In this document: piece after piece, positions 16,496-26,445 of the stretch
How the letters are laid out: every line of letters starts with the position of its first letter
How positions within the stretch are numbered: position 1 is the first letter of the stretch
Source: Bryobacteraceae bacterium
Lineage (GTDB): Bacteria; Acidobacteriota; Terriglobia; Bryobacterales; Bryobacteraceae
Reading direction: 5' to 3'
NCBI GenBank assembly: GCA_035486995.1
Contig: DATHMO010000212.1
Location: 26,476-90,475 of the forward strand
DNA: 64,000 nt
Made by a program: the position numbers and the translations under genes
The notes under the pieces: model-generated
Database searches by the model: none
What the model was told of the DNA's origin: nothing
Seen by the model: the letters and a program-made list of their open reading frames with translations, nothing else

Positions 16496-17824
16496 ATGAC
16501 GCCTACCACACCAGCCGACCAACCCGCGTTGCGGCGCGAGCTGACGCTATGGCATGTAGTGGCGCTCAATCTCTCGGCCTTGTTGGGCGTCCGCTGGCTG
16601 GCCGCCGCCGCGCATGCCGGTCCCGGATCTCTGCTGCTGTGGTTGATTGCCGCGCTGGCGTTTTTGCTTCCGTGCGCGCTGGTGATCTCGGCGCTCTCGC
16701 AAAGGTTTCCTCAAGAAGGCGGCCTGTACATTTGGACCAAGAAAGCCTTTGGCGATTGGCATGGCTTCCTGTGCGCCTGGCTCTACTTCGTCGCCAATAT
16801 TTGTTACTTCCCGACGCTGCTGCTCTCGGGCGTCGCCATGGCCAGCTTCATGCTCGGGCAGACCGGCGTCCGATATTCCGAGGACGCACGTTATGCGATT
16901 CCCGCCACTCTGGCCGCCCTCTGGCTCACGTTCATTTTGAATCTGGTTGGGTTGCGGATCGGCAAGTGGGCCGGCGTTCTGGGCGCAATTTCCGGATACT
17001 TGATCGCTGTACTCTTGGTTATTTTCGGACTCATGGCCGCCTTCCACGGAGGCGTTGCTACGCACTTCCACCTGATGCCGGATTTCAGTTTTGACAGCCT
17101 GAACTTCTGGTCGCAGATCGCTTTTGCAATGGTAGGGCTGGAAGTGGCGTCGATTCTCGGCGGCGAGATTTACGATCCAGGCAAAGTGATCCCGCGTGCG
17201 GCGTGGATCAGCGGATTCGGTTGCGCGGGCTTCTACATGGCCGGCACCGCCGCGATGCTGGCTCTGATGAGGCCGGAGCAAGTGAGCACCCTCACGGGAC
17301 TGGCGCAAGCGGGCGACGTGGCTGGCACGAGATTCGGCGCCGGTTGGCTGTCGCCTTGTTTTGCCCTACTGATCACCGCGAGCGTGGTTGGACAATTGAC
17401 GGCGTTCGTCGCAGGAAATACGCGCTTGCCGTTCGCCCTCGGTCTGGATCATTATTTCCCGCCGGCGTTCGCGAAACTGCACCCGCGCTGGAACACGCCG
17501 TATGTTTCCATCTTGACGCAAGGCATCCTTTCGAGCGCTCTGCTTCTGTTCATGCAACTAGGTGAGACGCTGCGCGCGGCGTATCAAATTCTGGTGGATC
17601 TCACCGTGATCGCGACATTTCTTCCATTCGCTTATATCTTCGCCAGCGGATTCAAATTTGGGCAGCGCTGGGCGGGTGCATTGGGCGGACTCATCACGGT
17701 GGTCGCGATCATCCTCTCCGCCGTGCCTCCGCCGGGCGTCGCGTCAGTCTGGATTTTCGAGCTGAAGGTGGTGGGTGGCACTGTTCTTCTAACGCTTGCC
17801 GCGCGCCCGTTCTTTCACCGATGA
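16496..17824 (+). CDS. APC-family amino acid/polyamine permease
   Basis: 442 aa with about 12 hydrophobic segments. APC-like N-terminus LRRELTLWHVVALNLSALLG. ATGA overlap with folC. Confidence 0.85.
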   Translation: MTPTTPADQPALRRELTLWHVVALNLSALLGVRWLAAAAHAGPGSLLLWLIAALAFLLPCALVISALSQRFPQEGGLYIWTKKAFGDWHGFLCAWLYFVANICYFPTLLLSGVAMASFMLGQTGVRYSEDARYAIPATLAALWLTFILNLVGLRIGKWAGVLGAISGYLIAVLLVIFGLMAAFHGGVATHFHLMPDFSFDSLNFWSQIAFAMVGLEVASILGGEIYDPGKVIPRAAWISGFGCAGFYMAGTAAMLALMRPEQVSTLTGLAQAGDVAGTRFGAGWLSPCFALLITASVVGQLTAFVAGNTRLPFALGLDHYFPPAFAKLHPRWNTPYVSILTQGILSSALLLFMQLGETLRAAYQILVDLTVIATFLPFAYIFASGFKFGQRWAGALGGLITVVAIILSAVPPPGVASVWIFELKVVGGTVLLTLAARPFFHR

Positions 17825-19047
17825 ATTACTCCGAGGCAGTTCGATATCTGTATTCGCTGGGGAACGAAGTGCTCACAGCGAAGCTGGGGCTCGATCGGAT
17901 TACGGCCCTACTTGAGGCTCTCGGGAATCCGCATCAGGCGTGCCGGTGGATTCATATCGCCGGGACAAATGGCAAAGGATCGACGAGCGCGATGATCGAG
18001 GCCGGGCTGCGCGCCGCCGGTGTTCGAACTGGACTCTACATTTCACCGCACTTGGTAGAACCCACCGAGCGAATTCAAATTGCCGGGCAGCAGGTGAGCC
18101 AAGATCAATTCGCAAATGCGTTCATGCGGGTTCATGAAACCGCCGAGCGGATGCTCGCCGTGGGCGCGCTCGACATGCATCCGACGTACTTCGAGACCGT
18201 GACCGCCATGGCGTTCGTCGTTTTCGCTGCCGAGAAGGTGCACACCGTGGTGCTGGAAGTGGGGCTGGGCGGGCGATTGGATGCCACCAACGTCGTCACG
18301 CCGGAGTTGTGTGTGATCACACCGATCGATTTCGATCACCAGATATTCTTGGGCGACACAATCGAGCAGATTGCGGGTGAAAAGGCAGGCATCTTAAAGC
18401 CCGGCGTTCCCGCGGTCTTTGCCGAACAGCGTCCGGAAGCGGAAGCAGTGTTGCGGGCGCATGCGCAGGGACCGTACACGTTGTCGCGCGATTGGGCCAT
18501 CACGGATCTTGCGATCGACTCGCGCGGCAGTCGTTTTCGTTTGCGCGGTATTCCGATCACATGCCCGCTCGCGGGGGAACATCAAGTGGAAAATGCGCGC
18601 GTGGCTGGGATCGCGCTCGCCGAACTCGGCGTTTCGCCCGATGGCATTGTATCCACCCGGTGGCCGGCACGATTGGAACACGTTTCCGAGCGTCCCGAGA
18701 TCATCATCGACGGCGCGCATAATCCCGCGGGAACCCGCGCGTTGGCCGCCTACATTCGCCGCTTCTACACCGGACGCCGGGTCTGGATGGTATACGGCGC
18801 GTTGCGTGACAAAGCCGTCAGCGAGATGGCATCGATATTGTTTCCGCTGGCCGATCGCTTGATTTTGACGGCCCCGACGAACACGCGGGCGATGCCGCCC
18901 GAAGATATTCCGGCGACGGGCGCTCAGATCACGCACTCAATTTCGCAAGCGACCGTTTTGTTGAGCGGAGCCGCCCCAGATGACGTCATTTTCATCGCCG
19001 GCTCGCTCTATTTGGCGGGCGAGGCTCGCGCGCTCCTCGTAAAATAG
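17821..19047 (+). CDS. folC: bifunctional folylpolyglutamate synthase / dihydrofolate synthase
   Basis: HIAGTNGKGST P-loop. Mur-ligase-like middle and C-terminal domains (DGAHNPAG). Confidence 0.9.
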   Translation: MNYSEAVRYLYSLGNEVLTAKLGLDRITALLEALGNPHQACRWIHIAGTNGKGSTSAMIEAGLRAAGVRTGLYISPHLVEPTERIQIAGQQVSQDQFANAFMRVHETAERMLAVGALDMHPTYFETVTAMAFVVFAAEKVHTVVLEVGLGGRLDATNVVTPELCVITPIDFDHQIFLGDTIEQIAGEKAGILKPGVPAVFAEQRPEAEAVLRAHAQGPYTLSRDWAITDLAIDSRGSRFRLRGIPITCPLAGEHQVENARVAGIALAELGVSPDGIVSTRWPARLEHVSERPEIIIDGAHNPAGTRALAAYIRRFYTGRRVWMVYGALRDKAVSEMASILFPLADRLILTAPTNTRAMPPEDIPATGAQITHSISQATVLLSGAAPDDVIFIAGSLYLAGEARALLVK

Positions 19048-19052
19048 AAACA

Positions 19053-19781
19053 GTGTCCTTTCTTCGTGCCTATCTAATTACGGCTCCGCTCATTATCCTC
19101 TCCACCATCGGCTTTGGCTTGGTGAGCCTCGGGATCTCACTATTTGAAACGAGCGGCCGCAAGCAAATCGCCGTGGCTCGCGTCTGGGCGCGATTCTTAC
19201 TGTGGGGAAGCGGCGTACGAGTGAAGATCGAAGGCTTGGAGAAGATTTCACCGACCGGGAGCTACGTGTTCGTATCGAACCATCTGAGTTATATGGACAC
19301 GCCGGTGGTGCTCGCAAACATTCCCGTCCAATTCCGTTTTCTCGCCAAGAGCGGCCTGTTTCAGATTCCTTTGCTCGGAACCCACCTGGCGCGCGCCGGC
19401 CACATTCCGGTTCCGCGCGACGATGCCCGTGGGGCTGTGAAGACCATGACCACTGCGGCGCAGATAATCCGTGAACGCGGCGTTTCTTTGCTGATCTTTC
19501 CCGAGGGCGGCCGCTCGCAAACCGGCGAACTTGATTCGTTCAAGGAAGGCGCCGCTTACATTGCGATCCGCGCCGGAGTTCCGCTGGTTCCGATCGCCCT
19601 AAAAGGCACACGCGAAGTGCTGCCTTTCGGCTCGGGGCATGTCCGTAGCGGACCAGTCACCATGCGGATCGGCGAGCCGGTGCCGACCGATCAATGCCAA
19701 GTCCGCGACCGGGAGCGGATCACAGCCGAGCTTCGCGACCGCATCGTCAGTTTACTCGAAGACCAGCCGATTCACGCCTGA
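19053..19781 (+). CDS. plsC: 1-acyl-sn-glycerol-3-phosphate acyltransferase
   Basis: GTG start. NHLSYMDTPV (the NHxxxxD motif) and FPEGGRS motifs. Confidence 0.9.
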   Translation: MSFLRAYLITAPLIILSTIGFGLVSLGISLFETSGRKQIAVARVWARFLLWGSGVRVKIEGLEKISPTGSYVFVSNHLSYMDTPVVLANIPVQFRFLAKSGLFQIPLLGTHLARAGHIPVPRDDARGAVKTMTTAAQIIRERGVSLLIFPEGGRSQTGELDSFKEGAAYIAIRAGVPLVPIALKGTREVLPFGSGHVRSGPVTMRIGEPVPTDQCQVRDRERITAELRDRIVSLLEDQPIHA

Positions 19782-21071
19782 TTATTTCGCCGCTTGCTTG
19801 CGGCTTTCGATCCAAGCCACGGCCGCATCCCGCGCAGGATCTTTCCCCTCGAGCAGCGCTTCTCGCGAGATTGGCGTTTCCACATCCGGCGTCACGCCCA
19901 GGCCCTCCAGCGGCTGGCCGCCCGCGGAAATGTAGTTGGCGATGGCGTACTGGAATCCGTCGCCGTCGGGAAGCTTTTCAAACACGGATGGCAGAGCTGC
20001 TCCGGCGGTGTGCGTCCCGAAGATGCGCGCGCGCCCGAGATCCTTCAGGCCTTCCGCCATGATTTCCGCTGTGGAAGCCGACGTACCGTCCACGAGAATC
20101 GCGAGCGGTCCGGCAAACGTGGCGGCGCGCGGATTCACGACAAAGTTGAGCTTCGTATCGCGCATATAAAGAGTGCCGAGCTTCTGATCGGGCTGCGCGA
20201 TGAACCAGCCCGCCATGCCCATGGCCATGATTCCGATGCCGCCCGGATTTCCGCGCAGATCGACGATAAAGCCGTCGCACATGAGACAGGATTCGACGGC
20301 GCCGCCGAACGCGGTCATGAGCCTTTGCGGATCGAGAAACGCGTTGAAGGCAACATAGCCGATGCCGCCGCCGACTTTGGACGTACTGATCCAAACGTGC
20401 ATCGGATTCAGGTAGCCGAACTGCACCAACTCGCCCCTGGGACTTGTTTCGGCGATCGTCTTCGTGACACGCTGGCCGGCGCCATCCAGAAATTCGACTG
20501 GAACCGATTCGCCCACACCATCCAGGCGCGCCAGCATTGCACGGCGCAGCATGAGATCGCGCAGAGTGGAGTCCGCATATGTCTCGTGGAGCTTCGCCAC
20601 GATAGGAGCCAGGGTGGCGCCATCGATTTTCAGCATCTCCCAACCGGGCCGCACCCCTTGCGTCGCAGCCGAAGAACCCGGCTCAACGGACGTCACCAGC
20701 ACCTGAGACTTAACGACGCGCACATCGATTCCGGTGCTGAGGTCGCCGCCGCCGTGCGATGCGTCGACGTTCGAATACAAATCGGCCGGAACGATGCCGA
20801 AATGCGTCTGGTGCATGCGCCCGAGCATTTGGTTCATCACCGTGCGTACGGCGTCCAGGCTGTCGGCGGCTTCGATCTTCGGCTTGAATTCGTCGTGAAT
20901 CGCCTGCCAATCCAGCCCGCCAGGTTTGGTCTGCCAATGCTTGTCGCGGATCGCCGTCCAGACGTATTCGAAGGATTGCAGGCTGAGCTGGCGCTGCTCG
21001 GGCGTGAGCGCGGCGAACAAGGACTCCGCGGTCAGGATGGCGAGCGCCGCCGCAAAAACTCCGCGCGTCAT
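19782..21071 (-). CDS. S41-family peptidase with PDZ-like domain (secreted)
   Basis: Start set at ATG 21071 (MTRGVFAAALAILTAESLFA signal peptide). The track start at 21083 is a TTG inside the tandem repeat. S41 core LVDGTSASTAEIMAEGLK. Confidence 0.85.
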   Translation of the reverse strand: MTRGVFAAALAILTAESLFAALTPEQRQLSLQSFEYVWTAIRDKHWQTKPGGLDWQAIHDEFKPKIEAADSLDAVRTVMNQMLGRMHQTHFGIVPADLYSNVDASHGGGDLSTGIDVRVVKSQVLVTSVEPGSSAATQGVRPGWEMLKIDGATLAPIVAKLHETYADSTLRDLMLRRAMLARLDGVGESVPVEFLDGAGQRVTKTIAETSPRGELVQFGYLNPMHVWISTSKVGGGIGYVAFNAFLDPQRLMTAFGGAVESCLMCDGFIVDLRGNPGGIGIMAMGMAGWFIAQPDQKLGTLYMRDTKLNFVVNPRAATFAGPLAILVDGTSASTAEIMAEGLKDLGRARIFGTHTAGAALPSVFEKLPDGDGFQYAIANYISAGGQPLEGLGVTPDVETPISREALLEGKDPARDAAVAWIESRKQAAK

Positions 21072-21144
21072 TGCTTGATACAAATCATTGCTTGATACAA
21101 ATCATTGCTTGATACAAATCATTGCTTGATACAAATCATTGCTT
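21068..21144. repeat. perfect 17-bp tandem repeat, 4 full copies plus a 9-bp partial copy
   Basis: Unit TCATTGCTTGATACAAA at 21068, 21085, 21102 and 21119, plus TCATTGCTT at 21136. On the coding (minus) strand the unit is TTTGTATCAAGCAATGA. It spans the stop of the 21136..21804 gene and the start of the S41 peptidase gene. Confidence 0.95.
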
Positions 21145-21804
21145 CTCGAGAACTTTGGCGCCCAGCACGCCGCCAATGGTGGGCAGAGCCGTGAAGATCA
21201 CGAAAAACAGCATCAGATAGAGCACGATCACCCCTGCGATCATCGCTGGATTGTTCAGAACTTGTTGGACCATGTCTGCGCGCGCGTCATTGGCGGGAAA
21301 TTGGCTGCGGATTTGTTGCGCAAACCCGCCCTGGCTGGAAACAGCCACCATCACCACCGTGAACAGGACGGTGACCAGAGTGAACGAAAAAATGCCGGTG
21401 ATCCAACCTATGCGCGCGCCGCTGCGGATGCTGAGCGTTTGGCCGGTCCGGCGGCTATACAGGAACACCGCCAAGAATCCCGCCGCCAGGAAAGCGATAG
21501 GCAGGCGTACGAACGGCCAAGGAATGGGGAAGAGCGAGATCATCACTGCGCCCATGGCCGCGATGAATCCGATGCGCACCGCCAGGCCGTTGTGAAAGCT
21601 AATGTCGGTAGGGACTCGAAGTGGCTGCAGTTCCGGAAGCACGACTGGCTGCGGCGGCGCAGGCTCGGGCTCGGCTTCCTCAACCTCGGGCATGTAGTCG
21701 TACTGCGGCTTCCCGCACTTGTGGCAGAAGCGGGCATCGGGCGGTAATTGCGCGCCGCAGGTACAATACTCAGGCACGATCTCAGTTTGACACACAGCCG
21801 GCAC
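21136..21804 (-). CDS. zinc-ribbon domain membrane protein
   Basis: N-terminal CTCG...CHKCG zinc ribbon, a Pro/Glu linker, then 4-5 TM segments. Confidence 0.7.
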   Translation of the reverse strand: MPAVCQTEIVPEYCTCGAQLPPDARFCHKCGKPQYDYMPEVEEAEPEPAPPQPVVLPELQPLRVPTDISFHNGLAVRIGFIAAMGAVMISLFPIPWPFVRLPIAFLAAGFLAVFLYSRRTGQTLSIRSGARIGWITGIFSFTLVTVLFTVVMVAVSSQGGFAQQIRSQFPANDARADMVQQVLNNPAMIAGVIVLYLMLFFVIFTALPTIGGVLGAKVLEKQ

Positions 21805-21805
21805 T

Positions 21806-23206
21806 TTAGCGGCACTCGCGGTGTACAGCCTGGATAGCGCGCTTCAGGCCGTCGCGGCGCACGACGATGCTGATGGTCAGCTCGCTGGAGCCTTGCGCGA
21901 TCGCGATAATATTGACGTTTTGCTCGGAAATCGCCTGGAACAAGCGCCCCGCCAATCCGGGCGTTCCTCGCATGCCTTCGCCGACCAGCGCCAGCAATCC
22001 GACATTGTCGTCCACCGCGATTGGCTTGAGATACCCGTGCGTCAGCTCGAGCGCGAGATCGGATTCGAGCGATTTCATGACGCCCGTCAGTTCCTCCTTG
22101 CGTACCAGGAAACAGAAGCTCTGGCGATAGCTGGAACTCGACAGCGCGAGGACCTCGGCATTGGCATCGGCGAGAGCGTCCAATGCACGGGCCATGAGCC
22201 GTGTGCCGCTGACTGCGGCGTTCGCTGGCTCGATCGAAACCAGCACGACATTGGCCATCGACGTCACGGCTCGGGGGCCCGGCGGCGCTTCAAGCGTCGG
22301 CACGATGCGGGTACCGGGGTGCTCCAGATGAAAGCTATTCTTGCTCCACACCGGAATTTGGCGCTCGATCAGCGGCGCGAGCGTTCGGGGATGCAAAACC
22401 TTCGCGCCGTTATAGGCCAGTTCGGCAGCTTCGTTGTACGTGAGCGAATCCAGCACGCGGGCTTCGGGCACGGATCGCGGATCGGCGCTCATGATGCCGT
22501 CGACGTCGGTCCATATCCATAGCTCGGAAGCGTCTAATGCGGCCGCAAGAATCGATGCGGAGAAATCGGAGCCGCCGCGGCCGAGTGTGGTGGGCCGGCC
22601 ATCCGCAGTAGCGCCGTTGAAGCCGGTGACCACGGGGACTGTTCCGCTAGCAAGCAGCGGCTGCAGGTGAGTTTGCGCCTTCGCGCGCGTCGCTTCCATG
22701 ATCGGCGTGGCGTTGCCAAACACCGCGTCCGTGACGATGACATCGGCGGCATTGACTGCTCTTGCAGCGACGCCGGACGCTTCCAAATGCTCGGCCAGCA
22801 TAAGCGCGGAGAGACGCTCACCGATCGCGATGGCTTCGTCGACCGACCGCGGCGGACGTTCGCCGAGCATCCGCATACCATGCGCAATACGCCGAAAATC
22901 GGCGATCAGTTCGTGAATGCCCGTCATGGCGCGGCCGCACCGCCCGGGATCGCGAAGCAAGTCGTGACAAGTCTTTTCGTGGCGCGCCAACAGAGTCTGC
23001 ACGCTCGCTTCGATGCCCGGTTCGTCGCCAGCCTCGGCGTGCCGCAAGGTTCCGAGCAGCAGATCGGTAACGCCCGACATCGCCGAAACCACGGCCAAAA
23101 CCGGCCGCTGCTGCTTCTGCGCCTGGCAGATGGTTCCAGCAACCTGGATGCGTTCGGAGGAACCCATGCTGGTCCCGCCGAATTTCATCACCAACAAATT
23201 GTTCAT
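21806..23206 (-). CDS. lysC: aspartate kinase
   Basis: MKFGGTSMGS kinase N-terminus, 466 aa, C-terminal ACT-like repeats. ATGA overlap with cmk. Confidence 0.92.
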   Translation of the reverse strand: MNNLLVMKFGGTSMGSSERIQVAGTICQAQKQQRPVLAVVSAMSGVTDLLLGTLRHAEAGDEPGIEASVQTLLARHEKTCHDLLRDPGRCGRAMTGIHELIADFRRIAHGMRMLGERPPRSVDEAIAIGERLSALMLAEHLEASGVAARAVNAADVIVTDAVFGNATPIMEATRAKAQTHLQPLLASGTVPVVTGFNGATADGRPTTLGRGGSDFSASILAAALDASELWIWTDVDGIMSADPRSVPEARVLDSLTYNEAAELAYNGAKVLHPRTLAPLIERQIPVWSKNSFHLEHPGTRIVPTLEAPPGPRAVTSMANVVLVSIEPANAAVSGTRLMARALDALADANAEVLALSSSSYRQSFCFLVRKEELTGVMKSLESDLALELTHGYLKPIAVDDNVGLLALVGEGMRGTPGLAGRLFQAISEQNVNIIAIAQGSSELTISIVVRRDGLKRAIQAVHRECR

Positions 23207-23877
23207 TGAGTTCGTTCGCGCCCGTTCGAGGTGCGATCGCGAATGATTTTCAAGATGGCCGCTTCGGCTTGCTCGATGCTGAGGCCGGTGGTATCGACGT
23301 ACACGGCGTCGGGCGCCTGCACCAAGGGCGATTCGGCGCGCCCGCGGTCACGCTGATCGCGCTCGCGAATCTGTTGCTCCACCACATCCGGCGGGAGCGC
23401 AACTTCATTGGCGCGGCGGGTAGCGCGCTCTTCGGGAATGGCATCCAGGAAAATCTTGACCGTGGCGTCGGGAAACACGACGGTCCCGATGTCGCGGCCT
23501 TCCATGACGATGGATACCTTCTCGCCGATCTCGCGCTGCTTTTCAACCAGGGCGCGGCGCACCGCAGGCACCAGCGACACTTCTGACGCGGCCTGGCTCA
23601 CTTCGGGCGTACGGATGGCGCTGGTGACATCTTCGTCGTTCAGCAACACGGCGTTGTCACCCGAAGCGAATTCTATGTGCGCGGCGTTGGCCAGCTGCTC
23701 CAGGCGATGCATGTCCGACAGAGCGACATTCGCACGTAGCGCCCAAAGAGCCACGGCTCGATACATGGCGCCCGTGTCGACGTATACGAATCCCAACTTG
23801 GCCGCGATGCGGCGCGCCAGTGTGCTCTTGCCGGCGCCCGCCGGGCCGTCGATCGCAATCGTAATCCTCTTGGTCAA
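23203..23877 (-). CDS. cmk: cytidylate kinase
   Basis: ITIAIDGPAGAGKSTLARRIAAKLGFVYVDTGAMYRA is the canonical Cmk N-terminus. Confidence 0.92.
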   Translation of the reverse strand: MTKRITIAIDGPAGAGKSTLARRIAAKLGFVYVDTGAMYRAVALWALRANVALSDMHRLEQLANAAHIEFASGDNAVLLNDEDVTSAIRTPEVSQAASEVSLVPAVRRALVEKQREIGEKVSIVMEGRDIGTVVFPDATVKIFLDAIPEERATRRANEVALPPDVVEQQIRERDQRDRGRAESPLVQAPDAVYVDTTGLSIEQAEAAILKIIRDRTSNGRERTQ

Positions 23878-23892
23878 ATATCATGAAAGCAC

Positions 23893-26445
23893 ATGCACGA
23901 GGGAATTTTCCGCGCGCTGGAGAGCGGAGCGACGGTGATTACGGCTAGCAGGCGGCTGGCTCGCGTGTTGACCGAGCAGTTCCATGGCCTGGAAACGGCA
24001 CGCGGGCGCATGGTTTGGAATCGCCCGGACATTCTGCCGCTGGAAGGCTTTTTGGATCGTGCGTGGCGCGACTGGCTGTGGCGGGCCGCGAGCAGCGACG
24101 CTCCGGTGTTACTCAACGCCGCACAGGAACAAGCGCTATGGGAGCGAATCATCCGCACATCGCCTCTGGGCGAATCGCTGCTGCAGATCCCGGAGACCGC
24201 GCGACAAGCGGCGCAGACCTGGCAGCTGGTGGTTGCCTATCGATTGGCTGTCGATGGCAGTTTCGAAGCATCCGACGACACGGCCGCGTTTGCCGAATGG
24301 TCGCGCGAGTTTTCCACGCTGTGCGGCGCCAGTGATTGGTTAGAGCGAGCACGCTTAAGCGATTTTCTGCGCCCGAAGATCGCGTCGGGAGAGGCGCCGA
24401 GGCCGAGCGAAGTGTACGTCGCTGGATTTGATGAAATGACGCCGCAGCAAGTCGAATTGTTCGCGGCCCTCGGCGAATGGCGCACGCTGGAGATCGGCGA
24501 GCATGCATCGGCTCCTGAACGCAGAAAGCTGCGCGATTCGTCCGACGAGATCCGAAGCGCCGCGGCCTGGGCGCGGAAATTGCTGGAGTCGGATCCCAAG
24601 GCGCAAATCGGCGCGATTGTTGTGCCGGACCTGACCCGTTCGCGAAGTGTTGCCGATCGGATTTTCCGCCAAACGCTCGGGCGCGCCGCGCACTTGTCCG
24701 TTGGACCACCGCTCGGCGATTATCCCGTGGTACGGGCTGCCCTGCTCATGCTCGATTTCGCGCAAGGCGCACTGCCATTGTCGCGCGCTGGAATGCTGCT
24801 GCGGTCGCCGTTTCTGGGTGGCGCGGAAGGGGAATGGAGCGGGCGGGCACAACTGGACGCCAAACTCCGAAGACACAGCCTGTGGGACATCGATATCGCC
24901 GCGCTGCGCGATGCCGCCGGAAATTGTCCGCAATTGCAGCGGGCACTGCGGCGCGTGGAAAAGAAGCTTCGGAATCTGTTGCGGGAGCAGACGCCCAGCG
25001 CCTGGAGCAGCGAGGTCGCAGGTTTGCTGGATGCCTTCGGATGGCCGGGCGACCGCACGCTGTCGAGCGTCGAGTTTCAGACTATCGAAGCTTGGCGCGG
25101 ACTGCTCGCCGCTCTCGCATCACTCGATCTGACGGCGACCCCGATGAATCTCGCGCAAGTCACCGGGTGGCTGCGCGAAAGCGCCGCGAGCACGCAATTT
25201 CAACCGGAGGACGAAGGCGCGCCGATGCAGGTGATGGGGATGCTAGAAGCCGCTGGTTTGCGTTTCGATCATCTGTGGATCATGGGCCTTCACGACGAAG
25301 CGCTGCCTGCGCCCGCGAATCCCAACCCATTCCTTCCGTCCGCGCTGCAGCGCCAGCGCAATCTGCCGCACTCATCCGCCGCGCGTGAACTCGACTTCGC
25401 GCGCACGATGATGGATCGGTTGCTTAGGAGTGCGCCGGATGTGGTGCTGAGCTATCCGGAGCGGGAGGGCGATCGCGCGCTCGGTCCAAGCCCGCTGGTG
25501 ACCGGTGGCTTGTGGCTGGATGACGGCGATGAACACACGGATGACTGGATCGTCAACATGCGCGCCTCGGCGGCCTTCGAGGAAATCGCGGATGAAGCCG
25601 CTCCAGCGCTGGTGCAGGGCGACTCAACTGGCGGCGCGGGGCTCTTCAAAGACATGGCGGCCTGTCCGTTTCGCGCTTTCGCAAAACACCGGCTGGGTGC
25701 GCGGCCGATGGAGGACCCCGATCTTGGATTGAGTTATCGCGATCGCGGAACGACGGTTCACAAGGCGCTCGAAGTGATCTGGCGCGAACTGGGGTCGCAC
25801 GCGCGATTGGTGGAGCTGTCTTCCGAGGACGTGGACGCGCTGATCGCCCGGGGCGCCGATGCTGCGGTTGCCAAGCTCGGGCCGGGTATTGGGCGCGATC
25901 TAGAAAAACGGCGTTTGCAAAAGCTGCTGCGCGAATGGCTCGCAATGGAGAAATTGCGCCCGGAATTTTCAGTCGCGGGGATCGAGGCGGAGCGCGTGGT
26001 CACGATTTCCGGCGTGCGGGTGAAGATGCGGGCCGATCGAGTGGACGAGCTGCCCGGTGGGCGCGAGATCATTCTCGACTACAAAACGGGACAACTGAAA
26101 TCGAAAGGCTGGGATGGCGATCGCCCCGACGAGCCGCAACTTCCGCTGTATTGCGTTACCAACGAGCGGCCGGTGGCCGGCGCAGCTTTCGCCGCAATTC
26201 GCACGGGCGACGTGGGTTTTTATGGATTGACCGCGGCCGGTACCAATTTGCCGGGAATGAAAAACTTCAGCAAGTCGCCTGTGCCATTTGAAAGGCAATT
26301 GGACGAATGGCGGCGCGTGCTGGAGCAGCTGGCCACCGACTACCGCGATGGCCGAGCCGAAGTGGACCCCAAGTCCAAAGCTTGCGACAACTGCGGATTG
26401 CGTGGGCTCTGCCGGATTCGGGAGTTTGAGCATGATCGCAGATAG
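23893..26445 (+). CDS. AddB-like PD-(D/E)XK nuclease family DNA repair protein (no helicase motifs, Fe-S cysteines)
   Basis: 850 aa. C-terminal nuclease region with ILDYKTG and the 1+3 cysteine pattern CPFRAF ... CDNCGLRGLC (C-x2-C-x5-C). Paired with the UvrD-type helicase-nuclease downstream. Confidence 0.8.
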   Translation: MHEGIFRALESGATVITASRRLARVLTEQFHGLETARGRMVWNRPDILPLEGFLDRAWRDWLWRAASSDAPVLLNAAQEQALWERIIRTSPLGESLLQIPETARQAAQTWQLVVAYRLAVDGSFEASDDTAAFAEWSREFSTLCGASDWLERARLSDFLRPKIASGEAPRPSEVYVAGFDEMTPQQVELFAALGEWRTLEIGEHASAPERRKLRDSSDEIRSAAAWARKLLESDPKAQIGAIVVPDLTRSRSVADRIFRQTLGRAAHLSVGPPLGDYPVVRAALLMLDFAQGALPLSRAGMLLRSPFLGGAEGEWSGRAQLDAKLRRHSLWDIDIAALRDAAGNCPQLQRALRRVEKKLRNLLREQTPSAWSSEVAGLLDAFGWPGDRTLSSVEFQTIEAWRGLLAALASLDLTATPMNLAQVTGWLRESAASTQFQPEDEGAPMQVMGMLEAAGLRFDHLWIMGLHDEALPAPANPNPFLPSALQRQRNLPHSSAARELDFARTMMDRLLRSAPDVVLSYPEREGDRALGPSPLVTGGLWLDDGDEHTDDWIVNMRASAAFEEIADEAAPALVQGDSTGGAGLFKDMAACPFRAFAKHRLGARPMEDPDLGLSYRDRGTTVHKALEVIWRELGSHARLVELSSEDVDALIARGADAAVAKLGPGIGRDLEKRRLQKLLREWLAMEKLRPEFSVAGIEAERVVTISGVRVKMRADRVDELPGGREIILDYKTGQLKSKGWDGDRPDEPQLPLYCVTNERPVAGAAFAAIRTGDVGFYGLTAAGTNLPGMKNFSKSPVPFERQLDEWRRVLEQLATDYRDGRAEVDPKSKACDNCGLRGLCRIREFEHDRR

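Noticed and set aside
19794-21095. 433-aa plus-strand ORF exactly mirroring the S41 peptidase ORF
   Set aside because: It is Arg/His/Gly-rich low-complexity translation with no motifs. It is the antisense shadow ORF typical of GC-rich DNA. The minus-strand frame has a signal peptide and the S41 core motif.
21068-21144. CRISPR-like array
   Set aside because: The repeats are directly abutting 17-bp units with no spacers, and there are no cas genes. It is a simple tandem repeat.
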